A stretch of DNA of 64,000 nucleotides from Selaginella moellendorffii (GCF_000143415.4 NW_003314313.1:1019430-1083429), one strand, 5' to 3'. Positions 11,743-24,213 are shown, numbered from the stretch's first letter. Notes: generated from the sequence alone by a model not told the origin. Translations and numbers: made by a program.

Positions 11743-13950
11743 TTAAATCGTTTGCTCTAGGTTTAAGGGTCTTTGAGCAATGGTGTTTGCTAGAGCTACA
11801 CACGAGCTCCCATTTCGTGGATCGATCGATAGGATGTTCTTGGCGATATCTCGACCAACATTTAGATTCGAGCTTCTCTCGCAAGATGCGAGGAGTGATC
11901 CACAAACCACAACGTCGGCGATGAATGGCATGTTGTCTATCAAATCTCTCGCCTCTCCAAGCTTGCCGGATCTCCCGAGAGCGTCAACCAGGCTGCAATA
12001 GTGTTCTTTGGACGCCACCATGTCATAGTTCTCGCCCATAGAGGAAAAGTAGGACAAGCTCTCGGATATGAGGCCGGCATGGCTGCATCCGGCGAGAATC
12101 TTTGAGAATGCCGCGGGATTCAGCTCGATTCCCTCCATTTCCATGCTCCTGAAAGCCTGGGTGGCAATGGATCTCCCCGCGAATCTGGAATATGCCGCGA
12201 CCATGGTACACCACGACGTGGCGTCCCGCCTTGGCATCCTCTCAAACGTGAGCTTTGCCGCGAGGAGATGCCCGTTTTGGGCATATGCCGCGACCATGGT
12301 GTTCCACGTCACCATGTCCCGCCATGGTAGCACCGCAAAGGTCGCCTCGGCTTGTTTGAGGTGAAGATTCTGTGAATATGCTGCTATGATCGCGTTCCAG
12401 GCCACCATGTCGCGCTCGCGGATGCCGTCGAAAGCTTCCTTCGCGCGGTCCAGATGACCCCCGTGGCCGTAGGACGCAATCATAGCCGTGCACGTGGCGG
12501 CATTTTGTAAGGGCATGCGTCCAAACACCTGCTCGGATTCGTGCACGTGTCCCTGGAGTCCGTACGCTGCGATGAGGGACGTACACGACACGATGTCGTG
12601 CTCGGGCATGGAATCGAACACCAGCCTGGCCTGCTCCAGTTGACCCTTCTCGGAATATGCGGTGACCAGCGTCGTCCAAGATGCGAGATTCCACTCCGGC
12701 ATCAAGTCAAACCGCGACTTGGCATCTTCCAGATCGCCGCCCTGGGCAAATGCCGTCAAGAGCGCATTCCAGGAAAGAATATCCCTTTCGTTCATCGAGT
12801 CGAAAAGTCGTGATGCCGCGTTGGTCTCTCCGTACCGCCCGTACGCGCCAATCATGGTGTTCCAGCTGACCACATTGAACTCCGGCATGGCGTCCAGCGT
12901 GGCCCTAGCGGCATCAATGCCACTCTCGCCGGCATATGCGCCCAGCATCAAGCTCCACGAGGCAATGTCGTGCATGGGCATTTGCCGGAATAGGCTCTCC
13001 GATTCCCGCATATGCCCGGCTTGGGCATATGCCATTAGCATCGCGTTCCACGAGAAAACATCGTGCGTGACCATTTCGTCAAACAGACGCTTCGCCTCAT
13101 TCACGTTACCATGCTGTGCATGCATTGTAAGTACCGCATTGTACGACACTATGGTAAACTCGGGAGATTCGTCAAAGATTCTCAACGCCTCGCTAATATG
13201 CCTTGCCTGGGCATATGCCGAGACCATGGCCGTCCACGTCACCACGTCGCGGTCGGGCATTCTATCAAAAACTACTTTTGCCTCGTCAAGATGCCCGCTT
13301 AAGGCATATGCCGAGAGCATCGACGTCCACGCACGCAAATCTCGCTGTGGCATTCTATCGAAATAATCCTTTGCTTCGTTGACTAAACCATTTGTTCCAA
13401 ATGCCTGGATGATTGTGTTCCAAGCAATTGGATCTGGATCTACGAGCCCATCAAACAGGAGCTTTGCTTTCGTGAGATCTCCTTTTTGGGCATAGAGGGA
13501 TATCAAAGTCGTCCATGAAACCATGTCCTTGACGGGCATTTGATCGAACAATCTCTGCGTTTCCTCGATAGATCCAAGACGAGCATACGCGGCGATCATC
13601 GAATTCCAGCACACCGAATTCTTCCAAGGGATTCGATCGAAGAAGTTTCTGGCCTGATCGAGGCTGCCACTATCAACGTAGGCGGACAGCATGATACCCC
13701 AAGAGAAGGAATTGGGGCGGCGAATGGAATCAAACACCGATCGAGCTTCATCGATCGCTCCACACTTTCCATACAATTCGACGATGAGATTGGAGAGATA
13801 CCTGTTCTGCGAATGCTGGCTCGCAGCGACGCGAGAGTGGGCGTCTCGGGCTCTCGACACATCGCGAAGAGCTCCACAGGATCTAATCAAGATCGCGAGC
13901 TCGTCAACCTCGCAAAGTTCTTGAGATTTGGACTTTACGACAGGTTTCAT
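11743..13950 (-). CDS. PLS-class PPR protein (tandem S/SS motifs, partial E domain, no DYW)
   Basis: Intronless ORF with first ATG at 13950 (MKPVV). Repeated 31-aa WNAMLxAYAQxG motifs, then CSHAG, HYCSLVDALGRSG and MPFIAD. Confidence 0.93.
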   Translation of the reverse strand: MKPVVKSKSQELCEVDELAILIRSCGALRDVSRARDAHSRVAASQHSQNRYLSNLIVELYGKCGAIDEARSVFDSIRRPNSFSWGIMLSAYVDSGSLDQARNFFDRIPWKNSVCWNSMIAAYARLGSIEETQRLFDQMPVKDMVSWTTLISLYAQKGDLTKAKLLFDGLVDPDPIAWNTIIQAFGTNGLVNEAKDYFDRMPQRDLRAWTSMLSAYALSGHLDEAKVVFDRMPDRDVVTWTAMVSAYAQARHISEALRIFDESPEFTIVSYNAVLTMHAQHGNVNEAKRLFDEMVTHDVFSWNAMLMAYAQAGHMRESESLFRQMPMHDIASWSLMLGAYAGESGIDAARATLDAMPEFNVVSWNTMIGAYGRYGETNAASRLFDSMNERDILSWNALLTAFAQGGDLEDAKSRFDLMPEWNLASWTTLVTAYSEKGQLEQARLVFDSMPEHDIVSCTSLIAAYGLQGHVHESEQVFGRMPLQNAATCTAMIASYGHGGHLDRAKEAFDGIRERDMVAWNAIIAAYSQNLHLKQAEATFAVLPWRDMVTWNTMVAAYAQNGHLLAAKLTFERMPRRDATSWCTMVAAYSRFAGRSIATQAFRSMEMEGIELNPAAFSKILAGCSHAGLISESLSYFSSMGENYDMVASKEHYCSLVDALGRSGKLGEARDLIDNMPFIADVVVCGSLLASCERSSNLNVGRDIAKNILSIDPRNGSSCVALANTIAQRPLNLEQTI

Positions 13951-14021
13951 GATCACACAACTTCATGAGATATTTGCGTGTATAAGAAAAAATCGAAGCA
14001 CTCGTCTATCAATCTCTAGGC

Positions 14022-15253
14022 CTACGAGTTGATCGCGCGGCAATTCGATCGAACCTGCGTGGCTTCCGAGTTAACGACGCTGGTGAGCTTGACAAACGCT
14101 CGCGAGAATGTGTCGAAGAACAATCCCTGGTTCTGAGCAAACTTGGAAGTATAGATCGAGGTCCTGGGATCGCTCTCGACAGCAGCATCAAGCGCGAAGA
14201 GCACCCGCCGCAAGGCAGCGTCCTTGAAGAACATGTTGTCGAATCTAAACATGGTTGAATCGTTTGGGATGGCCGTGATGTTGAGGTAGAACTTCGGACT
14301 CGGGCACAACACTCGCAACGCCATCGAGTACATGAGATCCATCTTGGTATCAACGCTTGGATAGAGCCGGTTGACAACGCTCAAGCAGTGCCCAACTCCA
14401 AGAGTGTGAGCTCCTGGAACCAAGTATATCACCAAGTATATCAGCCAAAGAGAAGGACGAGCCGCTCGATCGATCGAAAGAAACTAGAGGCTAAAACCAA
14501 GGAAACTATGGAAGAACACACTCACCGAGAAGAGACACAGCCTCTTGCGGGTTAATTCCCATGGACGCGAAGTCTTGGAGAATTTCCTCCACGGAAGAAG
14601 TGGCAGTGGCAAGCTTGCGATTCGCGGTCACGAGGTCCGCTCTCGTGCTATCTTTGCGACCCGTTAGAACAGGAATGTTTGGTCCTCCAGCCTGCAAATT
14701 CTCGCTAAGGCAAACAAAGAAAAGAGAAGAAAGGAAAGATCTTCTTACCAGCAAGATGGAGTCTCGAGCAGCTAGAGCGATGATGTCAGCGCAAGAGACA
14801 GTGCGCGGGCAGCTCCCCTCCAACGACGCCTTGATCCTATCGATGAAATCCACGCGACGGATGCCAAAGTTCTTGGGAGATTCCAGCTCGCTCTGAAACT
14901 GTGGAGTGGAATCCAAGATGATCGATGCATCGCAGCCCTGAAGGCACAGAAGAATAGTCTAGATGATCCAAGAACACCTGGAAGGAAAGAATCCATACCA
15001 TGACATCGCAATCGTGGAAGGCGAGGCGAAGCAATGCCGCTCCAGCGGTGGGATCTTGCATGAGGAGCGTCATGAGCGTCTGGCGCACGATGGTCTCGGC
15101 ATTGGGGCAGCTGGATCCGTAGTATCCCAATCGCAGTGAGGTGGAAGTGGAATTTCCCAGAGCTTGCGGCCGCTGTGACGACTCCTGATCCACTGCGAGG
15201 CAAGAGATCGCGAGGAGGAGGAGGAGAAGCAACGCGAAAGACGCCATTGCCAT
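14022..15253 (-). CDS. Class III secretory peroxidase (AtPrx29-like), 4 exons
   Basis: Signal peptide, YYGSSCPNAE, LLRLAFHDCDV (distal His), GCDASIIL, SCADIIALAARD, GAHTLGVGHC (proximal His) and C-terminal VRSNCRAIN. Confidence 0.93.
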
Positions 15254-17935
15254 CGATCGCTCCCGATCGAATGTACGAAGAGAAGGTTGCCGCCCTCCTG
15301 CTCAGCGGTGGCGCCGAGCGCGCGATTATGAATCCATGGCGCAGCCAAATCCATTACGCTAGCAGTTGGATGGAGGCAGCGCGCGCTCGGCTGACTTCAC
15401 GCAACGGGCAGTTCGTCCGTGAAGCGCCACCGTCTGGAATCTTTTCTATGAATTTTAGGGTTCCTCCTTTTGGCGCTCGAAAGATGAGAGTGGATTCTCA
15501 TGCCTTATTCCAGAGCTTTGATGAATCTCTTCTTCTCTGGCCGCTAGAGCGGAGCAAGCCTTGAGGAATCCTGGATTTGCCAACCCTGGTCTGAAGAAGC
15601 TATGTCAGTCTTCTCAGTCTGATATCTTTCCTTCGTTTTGATACTAAAACCGATGGAGCCGCTCCGACGAAAACATGCACTTGCGCAGACCAATGATCCG
15701 CTGGCTGAGACGTGGCACCTCTATGCTTTGGGAGGAGCATTTGATACTTGTATAGTACAGTAACTAAGGATTTCATTGGTACACTTGGCCTTATGAAGGA
15801 AATTCGGGCTCCAAAAGCTTGACAATCTGAAAGCACATGTTCTTGTTTATTTTGCCGACATTTTCTTTCTTATGGTGAGGGATGTTCAATGTGTTTCTTT
15901 TCCTGGTGAGATACTAGTTTTCTTGGCTCAGTGCAGGGGTGTCAGCACAAGAACTTTACAAGAAAAGGATTTCGCACTGTCAAGGACTTGCAGCTGTGCA
16001 GGAAGCATGCAATCCCCGTACAAGACGAAATAGCAAGATACGCTACTACTGTCAATGATTTCCAAGGTGAAATGGGAAGGTCTTGGAAGGTCCTCATCCA
16101 CTTTTTCTGTACATTTTGATTTTTTCAGGTGGCATTACATGCCATCATCTACAAATGTACCGACCAATGCAGGGCAAAAAAAAAAACAATAATTTAGATG
16201 GTTTTTAAGGGTAGTGTTCATTATTTTGAGGTGATTGTGACACCAAGCTGGTTTTCTAAATAATATCATCCATGGAATAAAAGTTGTCTTATGACATGTT
16301 TTCACCAACTTTTGAGTAAGAATATTGGTTGGACTAACCTTTTCAACATTTGAATGATAGAAATTCATGATATCATTAAAATGCAAACACACTTTAAACT
16401 TGCTTACATGGAATGTTGAATAAAATTTTAAACTAACTAACAAGTTTAAAGTGTAAATAAAATCATTTAAACTCAAAGATGCTTAATTAAGATTTTTAGC
16501 TAATTGAAAAAAAAGTGTAATCCTTTCCTTTTATATTTGAACCTAAAAGATCATCTTTTGAATCATTCTTTTTTACTACTTATAAAATAACAACATATTT
16601 CAATGTGTTCTAGATATCTTTAAGAAATCCTTCACAAAAAAAACTCTAGCCATACAATAAAAAGAAATTAGATATATTTACAGCAGGTAGGAGCTCCAAA
16701 GGCTCAAGAGGTAAATAACTCTCCTTAAATTGTTTGACAAACTGTTTAGCCAAAGAGCCTTGGTTTATGGAGAAAGAGGCCACTTGGTTCCTCCCATTTT
16801 CTCCTTGGCCTTGTTCCGGTTGAAGGCCCAGAATTGGACCAGGTCCATGGCACCTTCGTTAGCACAGTAGAACCCACGCACAAAACATAATCTCATGATA
16901 CTTCTCACGCCCCATATATCTTCCAGGAATGCACGTTTGTGCCAGTCATCAGTAAGCTCGCTGGAAGGCTACAAGCAGCACTACGAGACGCTTGCGGACG
17001 TACCACTGCGTGTTCCACACTCGCATCCACCCTTGTAAAACCTTAGAAGACTCTTTAGTATACAGAAATCGAGATCTTTGGCGGTGTCCTGGACTAGACC
17101 GAACTTTCATGGATGTTTTTCTTGCAAGTTTCACGTAGATTGGGATGGCAGTGTGGAAATGCAAGATCTTAAAACCCAATACACTTTATATAAAAAACAG
17201 AAAGGAAAAACTATTGACCAGGCACAAAGATGCTCTACATCAGCAACAACCTCATCTCTATGTACACTCATGCGGCAGTGGCTGGACACCTAGCAGACAG
17301 TCTCATCAGGCATCATTGTCCCATGATCCTGCAAGACAACAGCCATCTGGCGTCAAGAACAGCGAGAGCAGAATACAATTGGAGGAATCGCGAGCTGCAA
17401 TTCAGCGTCTCCTACAGGATCTAGAACGGCTCACAGGTAACCCCGAGGAAAGACAAGTTTTTCTATTAGGAAAGAAATCACTGACAAAAGAGACTGCGGA
17501 AGCTGTTCCTGAAGAGGAAGATGCTGCAGACGAAGAGGACGAGGACGATCTTCTGGGATTAAGGAGAGAGCAGATGCTACGATGCCTGAGCTTGCAAACG
17601 TGGTGGCGCCAGTAGGAACCCGTACTGCGATCAAATTTTGGTACGCGGACCGTCTCAACTACTCGCTTGACAATTTGCCGTCCAAGGAGCAGGTTCTGCT
17701 CGTGCATTGCGATGGATGATCCTGCTGAAGAGCTGCCTTTTGAGATCAACTGGACGCCGAGGTACTACAGGTGTGAAAGGTTGGAATGAAATATGCCCTT
17801 TTTAAGGCAATACGCTTCTGCTTTTGATGCATTGAACCATGGGCATAATAGCTTGACAAGATTTCTCTGCGTCTGGAAGGCATAAGTTTCTTAGTTTCAA
17901 GCCGGAGAGAATTCTCGGAAAGAGAAGAAAACGTG

Positions 17936-18052
17936 AACACCTGTACCATGACATCGCAATCGTGGAACAGCTGGAGCCAATCGCAGCGGTTCTTACTGCC
18001 AGGCAAGAGACTGCGAGGGCCGAGGAGGGAAAGCAGAGATCGCTCCTGATTA
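17936..18052 (-). pseudogene. Collapsed remnant of peroxidase exon 1
   Basis: 17944-17967 is identical to 14996-15019 (taccatgacatcgcaatcgtggaa, encoding FHDCDVM plus the donor). Further short blocks (cagctgga, ccaatcgcag, ggcaagaga, gatcgctcc) occur in the same order as in 15100-15265. Confidence 0.7.
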
Positions 18053-18931
18053 GCCAGTATAGACTTCTAGTTTCGACACTCAGATAGTTGAGCTCCGAAC
18101 AGGGAAGGAGGTTTTGCAGCGTGATCGGCCATGACCCTGTTCCATTCTTCTCGCCTTCTCTATCATGGTATCTTTTAGCCGCATCTTCGTACTCTAATAA
18201 ACTATAAGCGGTTTCATCGCGATATGGCGAGCAGTTCCTCTGTCTTGCTCATCAGGGAGATCAGTCCTGGAGGACACTCCTGTCTGCATGCCGGACGCGG
18301 AGAGATGTGGAGACTGGAAAATATTGACGATAGAGACCCGGCAGCGTACGAGTTCTCTCATGTCCAACCTGTGAAGGAGCTGTCACGGATCCTGCGAAGT
18401 CAAGTGGAACTCTACTCTGCAATCAATAGCCAGATCAATAGCGACTGCGGAGGATCTAGTTGCTGATGGAAAGAACACAGATAGCGATGACGATGAGGCA
18501 AGAGCATTCTCGTTTTCATCTTTGCAAACTTTGCTAACTTGGACGGGCAAGAGGAGTAGACGCATCAAGCACAAACTTAACAATCTCCCTTTTAAAAGCC
18601 CCTCGGCGTGGATTTCTTGCCAGTAGTCCTTGAGGGTTAAATCGACGGACGCAGTTTCAAGTTTTCTCGCTTCTTCAGCATGAAAGAATCTATGAACTTC
18701 GTAGTTTTGTACAAGCAGCAGCCACTGTGCAGTGGAACTCTTCTCGTCATCTTCGCGGGTTACTACTGCCTTAGAAGACGCTACATTTAAAACAAGACAA
18801 AAGAAAAACAACATGAGAATCTCGAATGCAGCAGCTGCAGCACAAAATGTTCTAGATCCACCTTGTCGAGCGGCGATCCCAATTTAAAAGCTGGAAGGAG
18901 CGGTTGACTGATAACAATGATGAACAAGTTT

Positions 18932-20315
18932 TCACGAGAAGAGTTCCCTAAGTTGGCACATAGAAAGGACCGCTAAAACCGTGCGCAATGCAAACTGCCC
19001 GTCATCCCTTATGCGGCACCTTCCCTCTTCGTCCTCCTCGTCCTCCTCGTCCTCCTCGTCAGCCTGTGGTGCCTAAAAGAAAACAAAGATTCTGTAGAAC
19101 GCACTTTTCGAGAGTAACTTACCTCCTGGGCCTGATCAGCTGCTGGAGCTCCCTCCCACGGTAGATGCACCTGGCTCTTCCTGATCTTGGCATACGCAGT
19201 TTTACCATGATCATCGTCCTCGACGAACAAAAAGTTCTGGATGAGCTGCAGGATGTTGAGACACTCGTCGAAGCTCTGGTATGGAGCGCTGAGCTTGTCG
19301 ACCACCATGCGAAACAGCCAGTTCTCACCGCAGTTGAGCCTCTCCAGGACGATCTTCTTGACAGCGGGCGAGTACGCAATGGCCAGCTCGATCCAGGGTA
19401 CTGGAATCTGGAGACGTCGCAGCCAGTTCTTGGGGATCTCCCCCATCTACACAAAGACACGACAACAAACAATGGAGGCTTCCAAAGTGAAGCCAGAAAA
19501 GCTTACCTTCCAGGTACCCGAGTTTAGAACATGGCAGGAGCTGACCGAGAAAGTCCCGGCATCCAAGTCGATGATGTAGACGTACTCCATCATGAGATCA
19601 AGCTCCGGCTGCTCCATCACCGGCTCTCGATTCGACACGAACATGCCGAGCTCGAGCAAGCGAAACCAGAGTCGCTCTTGGGACTCGATGTTCCGGCACA
19701 GGAACGCCCATCCGTTTCCTCCTCCCAGTTTCTTCTCGGCCTCGTTCCGGATGAAGGCCCGGAACTGGACCGGGTCGTCAAGAATGGCAGCCATGCTCGC
19801 TATCACAGCATCACCCACGCTCCTGATGGAGTGATACTGCATCCGCCCCATATCTTCCAGGTATTCTCGTTTGCGCCAGTCATCACCACCAAGCGTGTAG
19901 TCGCGGACAGCGTCGATGATCGCGTCCGAGGGTTGATGCTCGCTTCTCTCTTTACCTCCGCACTGTCGAGCACACGTAAGAGTTAGACGGGAAGCAGAAA
20001 AGATGAAAGCTTGAGCCTGATCAGAAAGAGGAAGAAAGATGAGAGCTTGAGCCTGATCAGAGAGAGGAAGAAAGATGAGAGCTTGAGCCTGATCAAAGAG
20101 AGGAAGAAAGATGAAGCTTGAGCGTTGAGAGAGGGGAGAAAGATCACCTGGATGAAGACGGCCTTGTCGAGCAGGCGCCTCCACTCTTCCGGGTCCGGAT
20201 GATCCGCGAGCAGCGCTACGAGACGCTCGCCGACGTACTCGAGCTGCACCCACTGCTTGTAGAGAAGATAGTAGACGCCTTTGTAGCGGTAGGAGATCCA
20301 CGCTCGCATCCCCAT
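18932..20315 (-). CDS. Uncharacterised spliced protein (MGMRAWISYRYKGVYY...EYVYIIDLD); 3' part possibly disrupted
   Basis: Exons at 20315-20148, 19962-about 19507, 19446-19123 and about 19071-18932 join in frame through GT-AG introns. First stop is TGA at 18932-18934, and further exon-like sequence continues to about 18400. Confidence 0.65.
19998..20123. repeat. 36-bp tandem repeat (about 3.4 copies) inside intron 1
   Basis: Unit aagatgagagcttgagcctgatcagagagaggaaga is repeated. Confidence 0.85.
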
Positions 20316-20799
20316 GGCCAGACACCCTTCTAACTTCTAAGACCCTAGAAGTATACCATCTCGTACTTGATCAAGCAATCAAACAATGTGGTATCATATT
20401 TTCACCGAACTACAATCACACTTCGATCTGTTTTTTTAGGCACCAGCAGGAAGATGGCAAGCTCGGATTTGGACGGGGAATAAAGATCTCGAACTTTCAC
20501 TAAGTTCTCGTCGTAAGATTTTTCTCTTTCTCGACGAGAGGTACTCAGGAGATGAAAAACACTGGATTGATCATGAGCACGCCCCTGTAAATTCACAAAC
20601 GTAGGCACAAAACTTTAGAACAGGCAGAAAACCTTAGAACACAAAACTTTAGAACTCGCACAGAGGAAAATGGAAAAAGCTTCGAACCTCAGTGAAGCAA
20701 CAAATTTCTCATATGCTTCCTCTCATCCAGCTCCTACTCCACAGCCTTCAACACAACCGGAAGAACTGTGAGCTCACAAAGCAAAAAGCCATCACTCTG

Positions 20800-21190
20800 G
20801 TTGCGGTTCTCCAGGCGCTCGCTTGACCGCCATTCCAAAGGCAAGGCTCGAAGCGAAGTTCCCAGTCACCACCTCCAGCTCATTGCATGAATACTTTTGA
20901 GCCGAGCCTTTCAGTGCCAGAGCGAAAGCACGCTCAACTTTGTCAAGCCTGTGCTTCCAGATCATCAGCATGACCAAGCCGAGCGAATGCTCTGCGACCA
21001 CCCTGACGAGAGTGGAGAGACATGACCCTGTACAGCAACATCAACCTGACAACGCCGCTGAAGCTCTGGTCGCTGCTGCTTACTCCCGCAGGCCACCAGC
21101 GCGGATATGACTTGCTGTAAATCTCGGAACCTGCCTGTCCATTTCCTGTGGAAATAGTCACGGATTTAAATCGGCACTTGAAAGAAGGCA
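20800..21190 (-). pseudogene. Receptor-like kinase fragment (TM and juxtamembrane)
   Basis: LGLVMLMIWKHR...AQKYSCNELEVVTGNFASSL resembles the RLK juxtamembrane motif PxxFSYxELxxATxNFSxxLG. No kinase domain follows. Confidence 0.5.
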
Positions 21191-21309
21191 TAGCCCTTAC
21201 TTCGTTGTTATCTTGAGCCTTCGGCTATTGTATCCAGGCCTTGATCCTAACCACAAATTCACTGTTAGACAATAGAAAAGAATAAAAGCAAAGTGTCAGT
21301 CAACTTTAC

Positions 21310-22000
21310 CTGTCTAGCTGAGTAGTAAAAGCTGAGACCAGCTGATCCAGCTATGCTCAATCAGGATAAGAAGAAGCTGACAAAAAATACCTCAGTGAAA
21401 AGCAATGCTAATGAGTTACTTGTCACCATTGACAAGCTGGGATAGCTGAAACCTGGAGTATCAGCATAGCCCCTCTAAATGGCAGATGCAAGAGAGAAAC
21501 GTGCCGCGTCGTGTGTCGTCCGGATCCAGTTCGATACGACACCTCATTTACGCGAATGACTTCATCGTCAACTTCGTCTAGTGCCTGTACATGCGACAAT
21601 TGAAGTTAGTATCAGGCGAACTTCGAAGGTAGACAGACCTGGATGTCATCTGGTGCCGAAGGCCACAGTGGCAGCCTCAAACTGGGATCGTATGACAGTA
21701 GCAGGAAGGCAAGACTTTCTGCGTAGAACGTTGATCAAGCTTGATTTTCCGACTCCACTTGGTCTGATGTTTTATCTTCGAGGAGATGAAGCCCCATACC
21801 AGTCTCTACACTGCATATGTATGGTTTATATCCCCACTCCACTTCTCCCAGCTATCTTTCACCTGAAAACTATAAATGAACCTTCTATCAGCTTTGCAGA
21901 AACGAAAAGAAAGAAATAAACGGGTACCTCCTGAGTAACAAGATCCGCCTTGTTGAGCACCACTGCGAGAGGTATTCCAGTCGTGTTCCCGAGATTAAAA
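21310..22000 (-). pseudogene. rsgA: RsgA/EngC circularly permuted GTPase pseudogene
   Basis: Motif order is G4-G1-G2-G3: GIPLAVVLNKADL, WGYKPYICSV, RPSGVGKSSLINVLR, GRHTTRHVSLL, ADTPGFSYPSL. Frameshifting deletions lie before G1 and before DTPG. Introns are retained. Confidence 0.8.
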
Positions 22001-22460
22001 CACTATCAGACTCTTCTCCTGATCTTCTTGAGAAGTGCTCTCACCACGCAAAGAAGCTTAATCCCTGCTCTAAAGCCCTCGTCTCGCAAGCCATCGTCGA
22101 GCGCTCCAGCTCATTCCACCACGACAGTCATGGAATTCGCCTGCGCCGAAGTTACCTGCCAGACTGCTCGATCCTCAGTTGAAAGATTGTCGAATTGCTT
22201 GACATCGGGCAATGTCGTTACATCACGCACCTAGACACTTGCTTGGAATCGCCCCGCCGCAGCCGATCGTGGAGCTGCTTCCTGGCCGGGCCGTGCGCAT
22301 TCTTCCTGCCTCATGGCACCATCGGCAGCCGCTGTGTCACGAAGCCCAGACCTAGAACACACGACGAACACCTCAAGGAGCCAATCAGCTCAAGAACCCT
22401 AAAAACTATTTTCGCGGGATTGGTGCCCTAAAAATCAAAGTTTTAGGGTTTTGGGGAAAA

Positions 22461-23301
22461 ATGAAATGCATTGTCATCGAGGCTCAGGTGAGTTCTTCGA
22501 TTCCGATCGAGCAATCGATCGATTGACAACCGGCGCAGCACGTAGAATCTCTGGATGTGCTGCTGTAAGGCCTGTGCGAGGGACAGCGCGAGGGTCTCAA
22601 AACCCACGAAATATGCCTCAAGAGTAATCCGATTTCCTTTCTTTTGCGGATTTTAGAGCTTTGGAATCTCTTGAAACAGGCACCGTGGCTTCGGAGCTCC
22701 ATCTACTGTGTGATCTCTCCAAGCAACCTCAAATTTGGTATGTTGTTCTTTCTCCGTGCAAGAAGTAAGAAGTAGACGTTACTCATTCTCAGTTTCTTTG
22801 TTTTCTTCCTTCCTCGAGGACTATGAAGCACATAGGAGGAGCAATGAGAGGCACTGGTGCCGAGCAGCTGCCCGCCTTGGTACGCAACATTGTGGTGTCC
22901 AAGATGAGCAACAATGCTCTTCGTTTCTTCTACACCGTCGGCTACAAGATGGACTACGAGCTTCTCCGCGATGGTTTTGCGTACTGCTTCCAGAGAGCCT
23001 TTCCGATCACGGTCACAGTAACTTCAGTGTGTAGGCTTCCCAAGCAGCACTCGATCTACGACGCGACACCGGTCACGCCAAACATTCAGCTTGTCGAGGT
23101 TACGGCTCCCGCCGCCGCTGACAACTTTAGCGATGTTGTCCTGGCAATCTCCCGTAAGCTTTCATTTCTTCGTTTCCTTTTCCTTTCTTTTTGGTTTTGT
23201 CATCGCTCAGGCTTGTAAATTTGTCTAAGCCTGGAAGTTTTGCAAGGATTGTTTCCACGGCCTCCACGGCGGCCGTGTCGCGACTTGCTTACGCGAAGTG
23301 A
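22461..23301 (+). pseudogene. MED18: Mediator subunit 18 pseudogene
   Basis: MKCIVIEAQ..QHVESLDVLL*GLCEGQREGLKTHEICLKS...KHIGGAMRGTGAEQ...FFYTVGYKMDYELLRDGF...VEVTAPA. In-frame TAA at 22566-22568 sits where plant MED18 has Gln. Confidence 0.85.
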
Positions 23302-23679
23302 CAGGCTTGAGCATCGCGTTTGAATCATTGCAAAGATATTTGGTTATTATAACGCACTTTAACTTTCTTCTTAGAACAGGGCATAGATACATACACATAC
23401 ATATCGACATACATACATACACCTAGCAATTTAAGTAAAGCATCCGAGCGTCGCAAGGTAATTTATGGTGTTCTTTCCCTTCTTTATGCAACAGGATTGG
23501 TTTGTTTTTATGATGGAACAGGTAGCTCTTGAGAGAAATTCGATGTTCTAAATTTCTTGCCTTTTTGGTTCCCATTTTCAATCAAGGTGAGTCTTGAATT
23601 TCTCTCAGTTCCATAACTGATGAAAAATACAGGGAAAGCGTTTTTACCCTTTGAGACGATTGTTACACTTCGTACAAGT

Positions 23680-24089
23680 CTTGAACGCTCATCTTCATCT
23701 TTTTGCTGCCCCGGGGCCTCTCGATCGGCTTGTCCATCTTCTTGTCATACTGGGCACGAAACTCGTTATTCGAGCTCCACCTGAACGAAGCATGGTAAGA
23801 AAACAAAAGAAACGAAAAGGAGAAAAGGAAAAGCTTACGGTGTGTCCCATCGGCTTGTGTCCTCGTTGACGAGATGCGTCCACTTGACGCGGCCACGCCG
23901 GCCAAAACCCTTGACTTGCATCACCTTGGGCAGTAACTTCTTGTCCAGCTTGTCCTCACCAGTCGGCTCTGAAAAGTCCCTCTTGTAGATGGGCTCATTG
24001 TCCGACTGGAAGAAAGGTCCCTTCTTGTAGTCCCTTTGCAAAAACTTCCTCTTTGGAGCTGGGCTACTCTCACTCTTCGCCATCCCCAT
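23680..24089 (-). pseudogene. MFAP1: MFAP1 (spliceosomal B-complex protein) C-terminal fragment
   Basis: KRKFLQRDYKKGPFFQ...IYKRDFSEPTGEDKLDKKLLPKVMQVKGFGRRGRVKWTHLVNEDT. The N-terminal portion is absent and one intron is retained. Confidence 0.8.
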
Positions 24090-24213
24090 GGTTGCACCCT
24101 AATCCTCGATAGGGATATGCCTGGAAGTGCCACGTCAGCAGAAAAATAGAAGAGAATATAATATATTCAAATTTTCGCAGAATATTCGAAGAGCCCGGGA
24201 GAAGCCCTTTCAT

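Noticed and set aside
15560-17700. Exon-like pieces (KGFRTVKDLQL; acidic EEEDAADEED stretch)
   Set aside because: Could not be joined into a coherent gene or assigned to a family.
22566-22568. MED18 TAA repaired by RNA editing
   Set aside because: U-to-C editing is organellar, and neighbouring genes show the same decay, so simple pseudogenisation is more parsimonious.
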